A stretch of 47,653 nucleotides of DNA from Octopus bimaculoides (Eukaryota): assembly GCF_001194135.2 (NCBI RefSeq), contig NC_068981.1:39570246-39617898 (forward strand), written 5' to 3'. This document shows, piece after piece, positions 34,605 through 47,653 of this stretch (positions within the stretch are counted from its first letter, which is position 1; each line of letters starts with the position of its first letter). The notes under the pieces are model-generated. The model made no database searches. It was not told the DNA's origin and saw only the letters and a program-made list of their open reading frames with translations. Position numbers and translations under genes: made by a program.

Positions 34605-36849
34605 GAGGGGATAATTTTCGCACATGTGCATAAGGTCTTAAGAAAAAGAATTGAGTGTTAAGAAAAAGATATAGTAAAGGGAAAGATATTTTAGCGAATG
34701 TGAAAAAGACGAAAAGGAAATTAAAAATTACGTCACGCCTCTAAATATTTACTTTGCAACTTTTTACCTCCTCAAGGATGATCTCATTGATTTTTTTCGG
34801 AGTAACTGAACCTTACTCCGCAGTTTTAGATTTCATTCTCGCATCTAATCTTCGGTTTTTCAATTTATATTTTTCAGCAAGTTCTCTTTCATAGTTAGCA
34901 TCGGTTACACTCCCGCATTATAAAGTTTTGTTTTCTATTTCTTTACTTTGACTAAAATTATATTTTGCTTTACTTTTTTTTTTTTTTTTGTGTACTCACA
35001 TTTCTTAACACTCGATTATTTATGCAAATATTTCGTATTCTAAGTTTCATTTTCCCTTCTTCATATAATATCTAAATCACTTTTTCTCCTCTTCTTACCT
35101 TTTTCTACTATTTATCTCTTCCTAACTGACAAATTCCTCTTCTCCATGTGTTTATTTATTTTATACATAATAATATAACTCTTACATAATCTAACGGTAA
35201 GCTGATGTATTTTTTCAACCTTATCCAATTAAAAATTATCTAGATAATCAAATATATTCACCGTATATCTTTTAAATGTCATTAATATATAACAGTTTTC
35301 ATAATAGTCCGAAGACCAGGAAGAGAAACTTGGTATAATGATTTGTGAAGTAAATCCCCTCCAATGGAAAAAGGAACATCTGATGACTTAATCATGTCCA
35401 AAGGAAGTTAAGAACTTCCGTTGCCGTAAATACTCTTTTCACACATGTCATGTGATAAGGAATATTAAAGCAAACTCTGATTTACGTACAAAAATATGAC
35501 AAAACTTAAGATGTGAAGATCAAAATGTAATGTTCGAAGCTTGATCAGGAGCCGAAAATAGAACTCCGTAGAAGAGAATAATTCACTTCCGATAGTATGA
35601 TACTCAACATTTCGTAAAGAGAGTTAGTGTCAACGATCAATGGACTTTGATAAGTGTGTGAAAAGCTAGAAATTTGGATACAGTTTTGTAGTATGTCGAA
35701 GGCTCATGTAGATGCTTTCTAAGTTGGCTCAATATTTCATTTAGAGACATTAAGCATTAAAAACGAATTTTATTTTGTCTTTAATTATTTTCAGGACGTC
35801 GTCAAAGGAGTATAATTTTGTTTCAAATCAATGCTATTACATTTAAGCTTGCATATTTTATAACAAGTTAACAACTACTTCTCCCGTTAATGTTTGTGGT
35901 CAACTAACATTCTAATCCCATTAAATGCATGCGGCTTGCTCGGCGCACATCCAAGAGAATCAGCAGCGGAATAAACTTCATTGCTTCCCAATCTGAGAAT
36001 TCTAGGCAATAGATAACATCAAAGAAATTTCGATCGCTGTTATTTATGATGATTACTAGTTCTAGAATGAGGAATCACGTAAAATTACACTTTGACGTTT
36101 CTATAGAAGAGCTACAATTCATACTATATTAGAATGCTGATATCAAACTTCTGTTAAAATTAAATGCATTGCCACCATAGCAAGCAGCCTTTGCGATTTC
36201 GCTCAGACACATAAATACATTTCCTCTTTGGTAGTTTTATCAATGGATCTCTTTTGTTGGTACAGAATTAACGATTTAAGATGACGTACCAGTAAATAAA
36301 CCTACTTTTCTTATTATTTTTAAAAGAATAATAAAGTATACACACAAAAAATATATATCTATATGAGCAAAATAGAGGGTACTCTCTCTCTCTGTCTATC
36401 TTTCTTTCTCTTTATATATATAGCATGTGTGTTTGTGAGTGTATTATATATATAGTATGTGTACTTGTGCGTATATTTATGTGTGTGTGAATGTGATTGT
36501 ATGTGTGTCTGTACGCATATGTATAAGCTTGAAGGACAACATAGGTATGTAATTAAGACTGATTGATAAAAACATATGGCAATGAATTCATATGTCGAGA
36601 GTTTATATAAAAATAGTAGACGTTTCTTCCAGTCATATAAAGAGACTTAATTGCATATTCTTCTGTTCATTTAACGATCGGGTACGGGTGTCAAATCAAT
36701 CGACAATGCTACCTGCGATAAATTGGTGGTTTATCAACGATGAAATTCTATTCCTCAAATCGTTTAATGCTTTTGAATTGTGAAATAAACACCAAACACG
36801 CTCTCAAACATATATACACACATAGACTTAGATATATTGATATGTACTT

Positions 36850-36853
36850 CGAT

Positions 36854-36884
<31 letters not shown>

Positions 36885-37084
36885 ATTATGTATGTACGTA
36901 TGCATGTATATGCATGTGTTATATATTTGTATGTATACATATATATGTATGTATATATATATCTGTGTGTATATATATATATACATATGTAAGGATACAT
37001 ATATATATACATATATATGGATGCATATATATATATATATGCATATATATATATACATATATATATATATAGATATATAGATAT

Positions 37085-37115
<31 letters not shown>

Positions 37116-37235
37116 CAAACATATATACATATATATACATATATACATACAAATATACATATATACATAGATATATATACATACATACCTATATGTCCAC
37201 ACACACATACACACACACACACACACACATTTACA
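36850..37235. repeat. Long degenerate (TA)/(TACA)/(CA) low-complexity block
   Basis: Direct inspection; source of many YIYI ORFs. Confidence 0.9.
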
Positions 37236-39889
37236 TAGCGACACATACATATATAAGCAACTATCCATGCATAAACATAAACAGCTATACAAGAAAAACA
37301 CAGAAATACAGAAAACGTGATGAAGGAATTGAGAATGCGAGTATCCTCAACAAAAAAAAAAGGGGCAGGATCAGAGAGTTTAAGGCGAATATTCATACCA
37401 TACTGCTGCAAAATTTGAAAATGGATCGCGGTTCTCTAAATTTTCGGTTCCGCTTACCATCACTGTATTGTGTTACACTGAATATCGAAAGGTCGTGGAG
37501 AGTGATCAGATAAATTGAAGTCGCTGGCTATGGTTTTTCAGCGTGGTATTGTGGACTTCGTGAAGATTCCCCTCTAAGCAATAATTCCAATAGCAGTTAA
37601 TATTATCTATTCATAAAGAATTGTGGATGCAGCATGCTATAGAAAATTGTAAAAATAACCGAAATTATTCGATAATTAAATTGTCTATCTCAGTCCTGGT
37701 ATACTTGTAATGTGGAGAATGAAATGACAAGTTTAGCATAGTATGCGGGAGATGATGATACTAAATATGTTTAAGGACAAGAGAACCTCTTACAAAAAGG
37801 TCATAATTCATCTTTGTTAACTTCTTAAGTAAGCCATTATTCAGATTATTAAACTACCAAATTAAACTTTTCTGCTCAGGAACGTATAGGGATTTATCAG
37901 CCTTGCAAGTCATTTTATGTTAAACACATCTATAGCTAATAACACTTGTATAACTTCATTTTCAGATATTCCAAGAAATTCTATATTATTTTTACACGTT
38001 TATGATGTTGGGAATCCGAGATCAACTAGCTGAACAAGTTGAATGTCTTTTAATCTTAGAAATTATTACAAAAAATAAGCCATGACAACTACCTAAGCTG
38101 GAAACCTGTTTACAAATATAATCTCAGTGGAAGCCATCTGGATCACCTGTAGGAAGATCAGAAGGAATAATGTATCACAACATATTCGGTTTGAATTACA
38201 AGAAAAGATATAAGGAAATGCAGTTCACTTGGCTCTAAATGTCACGCACGTCATAACAGATTTATTTATATTAGATTCAATGATATGAAAATGGAACTAA
38301 AAGAAATATTTTTAATCTTTATGCAATTATTATACTTGAGAATCTGTGTGTTTATTTTTCATTTCACTTTCCGTTCAAATTCAACTCATACGTTTAACAT
38401 AAAAGTCAGAATTTTAGTAACAGCATTATTCTCAACTCTTCATTCTTTTTGTCTTCTTATTCTTAACAATCATCTTTCTATATTTTATTTTATATTAGAT
38501 AAACAAGTATTTTAATCCATAGACAAACGTACAATAAACATACTCATATATTCACACAAATATAGACATGTATAAGATATATATAGCAGCGTGTGTGTGT
38601 GCGTGTATATGTGTGCATCTATGTATGTACACACATACATGTATATAGATATATAGATATTTTTATGCATATATCTATATATATATGTATATATACATAT
38701 ATACACGATGTTTTGAGTTGGAAGAATACTGACATTATATAATTAAAGAACTAAAAGATAGCATTTTACAATATATATCCTACTTTGGGATTGCTGAAAG
38801 TTCAAATTCATAATGACATGCTTTAAAAAGTTTATAAAGGCAAACGACTAGATTGAAAAGTAATCTAAAACAGCTATGCACGATTTTTGTCAGGCAAGTG
38901 TTGACTTAAAAACACAACTTTCGTCTTATTTGTTGTTATATTTTAGTTTCGGATTACAAATGAGGACTATTCCTGCGTATTATTTCTATAAGACAGTTAG
39001 CATCAAATTCGAGTAAAGAATCACGCAGTTAATAAGTATAAATGTGACTAAATACGTTTTAACCAACAATTTGTTTTGTGGATATGAAAGGTTTTGAGAG
39101 ATTTAAACGTTTCTTTTTTTTAATACACCGTTTAGTTTTCGGAAAAATTAAAATGTTAAATTGACTCCAAGCTTCAAATCACAATGAAATTTGTACTTGA
39201 ATCGTTGGAGTGGAGTTAAGGTAGGGCGTTTTTATTTTGTACCTTGACTGTTTTACGGATAGGACTAAACTTTCCTCGTGGGGATATTGAAAATCAGAAC
39301 GTAGCTCCTAAATAAAACTTTAATGATAGAGAAGACTAAAATAGTGAATATTGTTATATAAATTTAATTTATCAGGACTAGGCTAATAATTACAGTATTA
39401 TCTAATTACTTCATAAATATAACTGAATATAGATAAATAACAGATTCTAATATTTAGAAAACGTTATATAAAATTACAACATTGAATTTCTAAATCTGTT
39501 AATACATTTAGGAGGATATAAATTTTGGTTCTCACAAAATGTACTTGTAATAAAAGCTTATTAAATATCAGGAACACCTGATAAACAGATTTAGTTTTGA
39601 GGAGCAACTATGTTTTTATCGGTATTCTTCAAAATGAAATTTCTTTGCCTTAGTTAGTGAAGGTGGAGAGTGTGAGAGAATGACAGCTAATCTCAGGTTA
39701 TTTAATTGACATATATACAAAATATTCTGAAAGAGTCTTCAAAACAGATAAAGGCTTATGACGAATTAATTCATCTTTAGAAACAATTTATCTAGTATTC
39801 TAGCAAAGAACTTACGCACCACTACAAAGTTGACATTGAAGATAAGATTTTCAACGATTGCTTGAATATGTGCCTAAAATTATATGCAA

Positions 39890-40322
39890 TTAAACGAGTT
39901 AACTTTCGGCAGCTTTTGCAACTCGGCCGACATGTGGTCAGGAAAGCCAGTCACAAACGCTAACTTAACCGTTCGGTCCAGTGATTCACCTTAATATCCC
40001 GACAATTTAGTCAATTTCCTGAGTTCGTTGGCAAATACGTCGACTTTGAATTCCCCAGGCGAGAGTACGCTTCGAACATTCCTTCTGCAAAGGCCTCCAT
40101 CAAACGGATTTCTATGTTTTCCGCACTCAGTTGGTCCATTTCTTCCATTTCTAGGTATAGTGCCAACACCGAACCATCTAGGTACAGCGGCATAAAACTC
40201 GCTAAGTCGTCTATACCGTGGAGTTTCGCAACCAGTTTCATCTTCTTCAACCAAGCGACTATATCCGTGTCACCGCAGAACGGTTTGACCATATCGTTCG
40301 AAATACGGACTACACTCATCAT
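39890..40322 (-). pseudogene. Ty3/Gypsy-type gag N-terminal fragment (frameshift and stop)
   Basis: VKPFCGDTDIVAWLKKMKLVAKL...ASFMPLYLDGSVLALYLEM...; second frame VDVFANELRKL..SGY*GESLDRTVKLAFVTGFPDHMSAELQ, recalled as typical gag wording. Confidence 0.7.
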
Positions 40323-40361
40323 TCGTATTTTTTTTCTTTTTAGTTATGGGCCAAAATAGCT

Positions 40362-40643
40362 TGTTGTGTGATGGAGGAAAAAGACAACAGAAAAAGAAGC
40401 AAAAGGGAGAAATAAATACAGAGACCTTACCTGCTGACCGAGGCGGGACGAGCAATCACTGTCTTTATCGTGAAGAAAAACACGTCGTTCTACACTCGCC
40501 GCCTCTCATCCAACTGCTTCCACGTGCTTTCTGCCCGCGCATACCTCCGTGGCTCTTCCACCTGTCCCCGCAGTCTTCACTTCCGTTTACCTCATCTGCA
40601 ATCCTCTCCGCCAACACCACATAGCTCATCACAGCTCATAACA
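40362..40643 (-). mobile_element. Putative 5' LTR of the Gypsy element
   Basis: GC-rich block of about 280 bp with minus-strand termini TGTTATG...CACAACA (TG...CA, imperfect inverted ends), directly upstream of the gag start. TGGCCCA follows a few nt downstream (tentative PBS). Confidence 0.55.
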
Positions 40644-43295
40644 CCACAAACACCACACGTTATAAATTTATTTGATTATATTTTTGTATGTTACATATTC
40701 AGATTAACCTGTTTGCTTTTATTGTATCTTAGTGTGGCATCAATGCATTTCTTTTATAAAGAGTTACATGCTCTAATAACTCATTTTGGTTTCTAGGTTT
40801 TGGTGTTATCTTTTACTTCCTAAGATCATCCTGCTAATATTTCCCTTATGTGAATAGAAATAAAACCATATTATATCTAGATCATATATCATTTATAGAG
40901 TAGAGGAATACTCACATTTCTTGAATATAATAGACAGCTATTATTTACTATTTAGATTTATTTGATACATTTACAAGAACCTTTAGACAAACATACTTTA
41001 TATGTCCTGTTAATCTGCTGATTAGTTACAGTCATAACCTTTAAAGGGTTAAACTTCATTTAGTCTATTAATTTAAATTAATCGCATTGTTGCTATTAGT
41101 ATTATTAAGATTTTTAAAAATCGCGCTGATTCCCTTGTAAATTGCCTAGCGGTTTATTTAAGCAAATGACGAGTGTTTTTTTTTTAATACAACATATACA
41201 ATTAAACACTCCTTTTGAATATTCTAATGTTATTTTGAAATATTCAAAACGATTTCACAATTCTATTTTTGTAGCTATTGATTAACATGTTGATGCTGAA
41301 TTAATTGAGAAATTCACAAGAAAAGAACATGACTAAGGGGAAACAGAAAATAGGTTTGGTAGGTGTGTACATGATTTCAAAATGATTATTTAGAAATTTC
41401 TGATATATCCTATTCTGTATTTCAAATTCCTTTAATAATAATATAAGTCTAGAAAGTAACATTATGTCTTGAAAATTTCAAAATGTTCAGTTTCTCTGCT
41501 AAGATTCTCCAATTCAATTTCATTAACTTTCATTGTTAATATTTAACTAAATTCTCTTTAAATTTGCTTTCGATGAAAATAATTGTAATAGAAAAATATC
41601 AATAGCTATAAAAATAATAACACCCCCACTATTTTATATCGTACATTTCGTAGCGTTCACATCTGCGGGTGTCCTTGATTAGATTTTAAATCAAATAAAT
41701 GAAGTTGGTTTGATTCCCTAATGCTCTTGGTAAAAGCATGAATTCAGATCTACTCATTAAAATCTCAAATAATTCTAAGGCTACATGCCTTACAGCAACA
41801 GGAGATGAGAATTGAGATGTGTGTATGTTGTAGTTATTAATATTATCGTTGTGGTAGTTCGCCAGCCGTTCTGTGCACCATTGTTGTCACCGCCGCTGGC
41901 GTTCGTCTTGCAGACGTAGCATGTTGTCGACAAAGAAGACGACAACGACGGCGAATGTTAGAAATCAATATTATCGTTGTGGACGATTTCATCAATCACA
42001 AGTAGTAATAGTTTATCTGAAATCATAGCGTACAATAATGCTAATAAATTCAGAAGATAAGACCGAACTACTCGGCTGTTTAGCTGAAATATTTCAATTA
42101 AATATCGCATGGTGTTGAAAATAAATCTTAAACGTCTTGATATTTGACATAACGTATATAAGCAAAGACTTGTATTAAAATTGAATATATTTGAATAAAA
42201 AATAACTCATTTCAGTAAATATTGCTTTTATGTCGAGGTAGCTGTCCAAGTAGATAACATTTTCGGATATTTAGATTAGTCTTTGATTGAAGTATCCAAT
42301 AATATTCACCGAACAAAAAAAAATTTAACTAGCAAATAAAGTAGAATGTTTACTTAGTGTAAGCAAATACAAATTCTCATTTTAATAATTGAACTCTACA
42401 TACTTAAATCTTGATCATTATGAACCATTACTTGGCTGCTAAATCTTAGGAATTTCTGTTATGTGATCTAATAACGATTATATCAGAACTGACTTTCCGT
42501 GAGCATTTGTTCATGATTGATTGAAGATTATTAATTCAATAAATATTCAGTTATTCCAGTTCTAGTAGTTTGCAACGCAACACTGCAGATCAATCTTAAT
42601 TTGAACTTAACATATGGTTTTCAAAGTTAGACTATACTCTTAACCATTAGGAACATTTAGTTTAATATTTCATCAATATCTAGTTAATTGTGATATTTAA
42701 TTACTAAGATAAGAGGTAAGATGTAAGCCAGATGTAAATGACAGTTTAGCTGAGTTAGAAAGCCTGTACTATATTCAATTAAAAATATTGTTACATCAAT
42801 TTATTTTCTTGAATATATAAATCTGTGACATTGTACCTTTAATAACAAAGTCCCGAAATTATATCTCATATGAAAAACAATTACAGTTAATGTTTAAAAA
42901 TCAGTTTATATGAAACATGCGCATATATCTTAGTGTTCAATGTCTATACAAACACACACACATTTACATATTCAGACATATACACACATATATATATATG
43001 TGTGTATATGTGTATGTGTGTGTGTATTTATATATATACGTATATGAATTTGTGTTACAAGATTCCTGATGTGAAGACGTGGGTTGAAACAGATATTGTT
43101 ATATTTCGGGACATTCATGTTTTTTGCCAAATAAACACGCGCACTATATATTCGTTCTTTAATAAGCAGACCAAGAGCACACACGAAGATGGAAAGTGTC
43201 GCTTCCACACTGATGTGTGACGAGTGATTTTCGAACAATGGATATGAGTTAGAATAAGACAAAAAAAATGACTATCTCGAAATATAACAATATCT

Positions 43296-43323
43296 ATGTA
43301 TACATACATACATACATACATAC

Positions 43324-43398
<75 letters not shown>

Positions 43399-43518
43399 AC
43401 TGTCTGTCTGTGACTGTCTGTGTTTGTGTGCATGTGTGTGTGTGTGACTGTCTGTCTGTGACTGTCTGTGTTTGTGTGCATGTGTGTGTGTAACTGTGTG
43501 CACGTGTGTATGTGTCTG

Positions 43519-43549
<31 letters not shown>

Positions 43550-43560
43550 TTATGTATATG
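43296..43560. repeat. (TACA)n-(TG)n microsatellite with a tandem duplication of about 44 bp (gactgtctgtctgtgactgtctgtgtttgtgtgcatgtgtgtg x2)
   Basis: Direct inspection. Confidence 0.9.
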
Positions 43561-44179
43561 TATGTAGATATCCTTTGTATTTTAAGCACACGACCTGAAA
43601 TTTATTTTAATTTTAATTAATGGAAAGTGTCGAGATGTAGTTATGTTATATAGATATCACCAGTGTAGGGAAGCTAGTTATACTGTGTAAGCACTTTTGT
43701 TTCGTCTTAGTATATTTGCCATTTTCACGTACACTGAAAGAACTAGTTTAGGCTTCTTCCCACATCAGTGGAAATTGTATAAAGTAATAATTAAAGATTT
43801 AACTGAATACATATTTTTGACATAGGATTAATCGGTACATGGTTAATAATAGTAAGAAGGTAATCGGATGCTCCGGTTATATTTAATATACTATTTACTA
43901 ATGGTAGCCTTATATATAGAAATCAGTCAGGTATGAAAATTGCTCTCGATAACCCATTCAGTCGATGTTTTTTCAGAAAATAGAGCATTAGTATCTATTA
44001 TGCACAGACTTAATATTCTGACACTGCCATATGACTGAAAACTAATCTTTGTATTCGCTCATGTTACATAATTGGTTATAACACAAATTAATTTCATTAC
44101 ATATCTTACTTTAAGAATAGTTAAGTTATGATCACGATAAATGATAGTGACAAAAATAATTATATGCCAGAATATGAAA

Positions 44180-44336
44180 TATATATATGTACGTTTATAT
44201 CTGTATATCTACATGTATGTATGCATCTATGTATGTATGTATGTATGTATGTACTATGTATGCATGAATGTATGTATGTATTATGTATGAATGTATGTAT
44301 GTGTGTATTTATATATATGTATGTATGTATGTATGT
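44180..44336. repeat. (TATG)n degenerate microsatellite
   Basis: Direct inspection. Confidence 0.85.
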
Positions 44337-47059
44337 AAAGAGAATGGAGTTATTATTTCAGATCTTAATTGGTCAATTCCTGGTCAAAATTCGTTTAACT
44401 CCACGTGAGATTCCTTTCACCAGCCTTTGTTAGTATTTGCGTTAAGCAATTTATTCAGTGAGAATTTCACTTAATGTAGCTTTGAGTATCTGCAAAATGA
44501 ATTTTCAGTCGCTGAAAAAATCGGCAATAAACTAAACGTGAGTAGATCCGATGGTTGATGCAGTGTTTTGATCCTCTCCAAGTTGTCTGGATCATTCAAA
44601 CAATAATTTTATGCAGATTGTCAGGACGTAAAGCAACAAATCTTACATAGAACTGATATTGCCTTGTTTGAAAGAAGTCACTTCTGAGCGGCATTAGTAA
44701 AAGTACATGTAGTATGTTCTATAGGAAAAGAAAGGTTCCTGGTGAGTCCAGTATGCTACGCGCTCTTTGAAATCCGTTTTATTTAACTTACGCCTCATAA
44801 TCTTCGTGGAAAGACGTGAACGTAAAAAAGAGAGTGTCTACCACTTCTAAAAGTAGTGTACATTTTGTGCAGTCAACAGAAAGCAATATTAAGATCTAGC
44901 GAAGCATATTCCTACCTATTAAAAATAATTATTGATTTCATGTCAAATATGTAGTGGTCTAAACTTTCCAAGCACATTCCGTCGGATAAAGCTGAGATAA
45001 GTGAATACCATGAAACATATGTCTAACAAAATATTCGTTATATGATATCTGTCTCATATGAAAAATATCATGATAATCTAAATCCCTGATAGGTAAATTA
45101 ATTTTTGTTTCCGATTAGGTGTAAGATGGATTGTTCTATCACTTCAATTTTTGGATATAAGATTATGCCACCCTTTCAATTATTGGAATTGACTTAGTGT
45201 TGCTTGAATTAATAGTCGTTTTCAGTCAATCTGAACTGATGCTTTACTATTTATGCGAAGAATTTGTTCTCATTTCGAATACTGTTATTTATATGGATAA
45301 TTTAATTTCAAGAACGATGAAACATACTGAGAAAAAGATTCGTAAACATAGATCACATAATTCGCATTTTTTATAGACACGTAAATTAACTTATCTAAGT
45401 CATGTGACTAAAGTAGGTATTTTTAAGATTCCTATATAATGTTTTGGAAAATAAAATGACGCATTGCAAACTTTCATCAAAAATTCGGACAAATATGCAA
45501 CATAATTTTTACAATACATTTATTCCAGTTTCAGAGGAATCTTTTAAATGAGAAATTGTGGTAGCATGCATTCTTAAATTTACAAAAGAGAAGTTACCCG
45601 TCATTAAGTTGGATATATTTCTCAGAATAATTCACTTTTATTTTGACAGTTTAACCTTTATAATTTATGTGTAGAAATATTGTTATTTAAGCTAGATGAC
45701 AAAAGAGATTACCAAAATCAACATAACTATTCAGTGTCCTTTCTGTTAGTTTTATTTCATGATACTGTTCGACAATTCATATTTAACTGTTCTGAACTTT
45801 CTTGCTTTATTGATCTAATTACATTTCAGATCGGTCTTTTCTATTCGATACAATTCTACTAACGATGTGTCTGAAAAAGATATATTGCGTTGATGTGCTT
45901 ATCACTTTATTCTTGCTTATATTTTCTGTCTGTTGAATATAATATCTACGTTAGGCGACAGTTTGTCAATGAATGAGTGAATCAAATTATCACTAGTCTT
46001 CAGAATTTTCTTGTCAATAAGGTTTGTCTGACAGCAACATTTGGAAACTTAAGGACATGTCAAGTATAATTAACAACACACTGTCTTGGATACTAACTTA
46101 CTAAGTTTACCTCTGTGTATTTGTGAATAAGTGTGAATTTTAAAGAATGCTTCTGGGAAGCCTCATAGACAGTTTAATGATTCCTGCAGACAAACAGGCG
46201 TCATTGATATATTTGCTTCTGCTTCGTAGTATCGATGTATTGAAACCTAAAATTGGAGTTACACGGCAATTAACAACCAAAAAGAGAAACTTTAACAAAA
46301 TACTTTCAAAATAACAAACATTTTGTTACAAAGGCTTATAAATACAACCATCTATAAAAGTTTCGAGTTTGTGAAGAGAGATATTATAATTTCATCAATA
46401 ATTCATAAGAGTTGACTGGTCCATGTCAGTAGGACAATAGATAACAATTCAAAAGGTCACCAGTTCATATATATCAGAAGCACTTTTCTATATACTCTAA
46501 AGATAAACTTGTAATGACACAACAAGATTATTTGAAAAACATACCACATAGTGTAATGTTCACTACTATAAGAAGCAGTTACACTGGAAACTGATGTAGG
46601 CTTCGCCGGTTCTCACTTCTGAATAAAACCCTTCTTGTGTATGGACCGACTGAAATTTTGTTTTTTTAAGTGGGCCTGCTATACTTTGGAAGCAAATGAT
46701 GTTATTGTATTGTTGTTAATGTTTTTAGTGGGTGGAGGGAAAAAAACAACATCTATGCTATTTGTAAACCCATCTAGACAAGTGATATCGGTACTGTTAG
46801 ATTATAACTAACCAGTACTTTTATCGAGACACCATCTCTAGCAAGGTTGCCCACCAAGGCGGAAGAAGCCTTCCTATCCAAGTTTTAAAATCAGGATAGT
46901 CCTTCTCCTAGTCTAACTGCCATCAAGGCTAACGAGCTCAACCTATCCGGAGCACTGGTCAATTGAAGACGCCAGACACTCGCTTTTCACTCCTTTCACC
47001 TGTTAATTCCAAAAGACTTTGCCACGCGAAGGCTAAGAGTTGAACCTGACTGTCGGGGC

Positions 47060-47275
47060 TATATTTTCTTCTTCTTCCTCTTCCTCCTATTCCACTTCTT
47101 TTTATTTCTTCTCTTCCTCTTCCTTTTCTTTTTTCTTCCTCATCTTCTTCTTCCTCCTCTCCGTTTCCTTTTATTCCTTCTCTTACGTTTCATTTTATTC
47201 CTCCCCTTCCACTTCTTTTTATCCCTTCTCTTCTTTCTTTTCCTCTTCCCTTCCTTTTATTCCTTCTCTTCTTCT

Positions 47276-47334
<59 letters not shown>
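47060..47334. repeat. (CTT)n-like polypyrimidine tract followed by (TTA)n
   Basis: Direct inspection; (TTA)n 47278-47334. Confidence 0.9.
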
Positions 47335-47337
<3 letters not shown>

Positions 47338-47653
47338 TAGTTTTATTTTTATAACGTGCTTTCACTTCACTACCGAGCGCAGCTCTGTGCGCCTTGGGTA
47401 TGTGCTGTGGTTTGCTGTGGTGCTCTTATGTTTACTGTATTGAAAGTGTTTTGCGTAGAATGTGTGCAGTACCCAGTAGTGCAATTTTCTGTATGTTATA
47501 TATATTTGTAAGTCCTGGTATTTTTGTTATGTATTTGTCTGAATATTTTTTTATTATACTTAAGGCACCTACTATGATAGGAATTGTTTCTGTTTTTAGA
47601 TTCCACATTCGAGTTATCTCTATTTCCAGGTCTTTGTATTTTGAAAGTTTTTC
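47334..47653 (-). mobile_element. R4/Dong-clade LINE 3' end, running off the window edge
   Basis: 3' UTR with GCGCA:UGCGC stem-loop, terminating in (AAT)n; ORF end described below. Confidence 0.82.
47432..47653 (-). CDS. C-terminal 73 aa of R4/Dong-type LINE ORF (end of restriction-enzyme-like endonuclease domain), partial
   Basis: Open frame EKLSKYKDLEIEITRMWNLKTETIPIIVGALSIIKKYSDKYITKIPGLTNIYNIQKIALLGTAHILRKTLSIQ*. The K..KY.DL, P.vvGALG and LLGTAHILR motifs are characteristic of RLE-encoding R4/Dong elements. Confidence 0.8.
   Translation of the reverse strand, partial: EKLSKYKDLEIEITRMWNLKTETIPIIVGALSIIKKYSDKYITKIPGLTNIYNIQKIALLGTAHILRKTLSIQ

Noticed and set aside
35380-35420. CTGATGA followed by a CTTAA/TTAAG stem
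   Set aside because: No GAAA after stem II and no stem I/III pairing; not a hammerhead.
47040-47354. S/F/Y-rich 104-aa ORF
   Set aside because: Translation of (CTT)n and (TTA)n low-complexity tracts.
1-47653. CRISPR arrays, rRNA genes or prokaryotic operons
   Set aside because: No regularly spaced repeat-spacer array, no rRNA-like sequence and no gene-dense region; the window is eukaryotic intergenic or intronic DNA.

Overview
AT-rich eukaryotic draft-assembly window with eight N gaps. It is most likely a coleoid cephalopod (Octopus-like), inferred from SINE families recalled from octopus sequence and from very dense (TA)n/(CA)n/(GA)n/(TTA)n microsatellites. No host protein-coding exon could be supported: nearly all tracked ORFs are microsatellite or N-gap artefacts. 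The recognisable content is mobile DNA: two tRNA-derived SINE families (about 12 copies), a decayed Hsmar1-like mariner, a Penelope-like (PLE) GIY-YIG fragment, a Ty3/Gypsy LTR plus gag stub, two near-identical R4/Dong LINE 3' ends sitting in (TAA)n, and old LINE RT remnants. The notable signal is a set of minimal type-I hammerhead ribozyme (HHR) motifs in at least three distinct repeat families. The best candidate for something undescribed is 31048-32259: two head-to-head copies of a composite element with a Pol III tRNA-like head, a (TAA)n linker and a PLE-type hammerhead tail, with one copy interrupted by a Dong LINE. All calls were made by eye; no searches were run.
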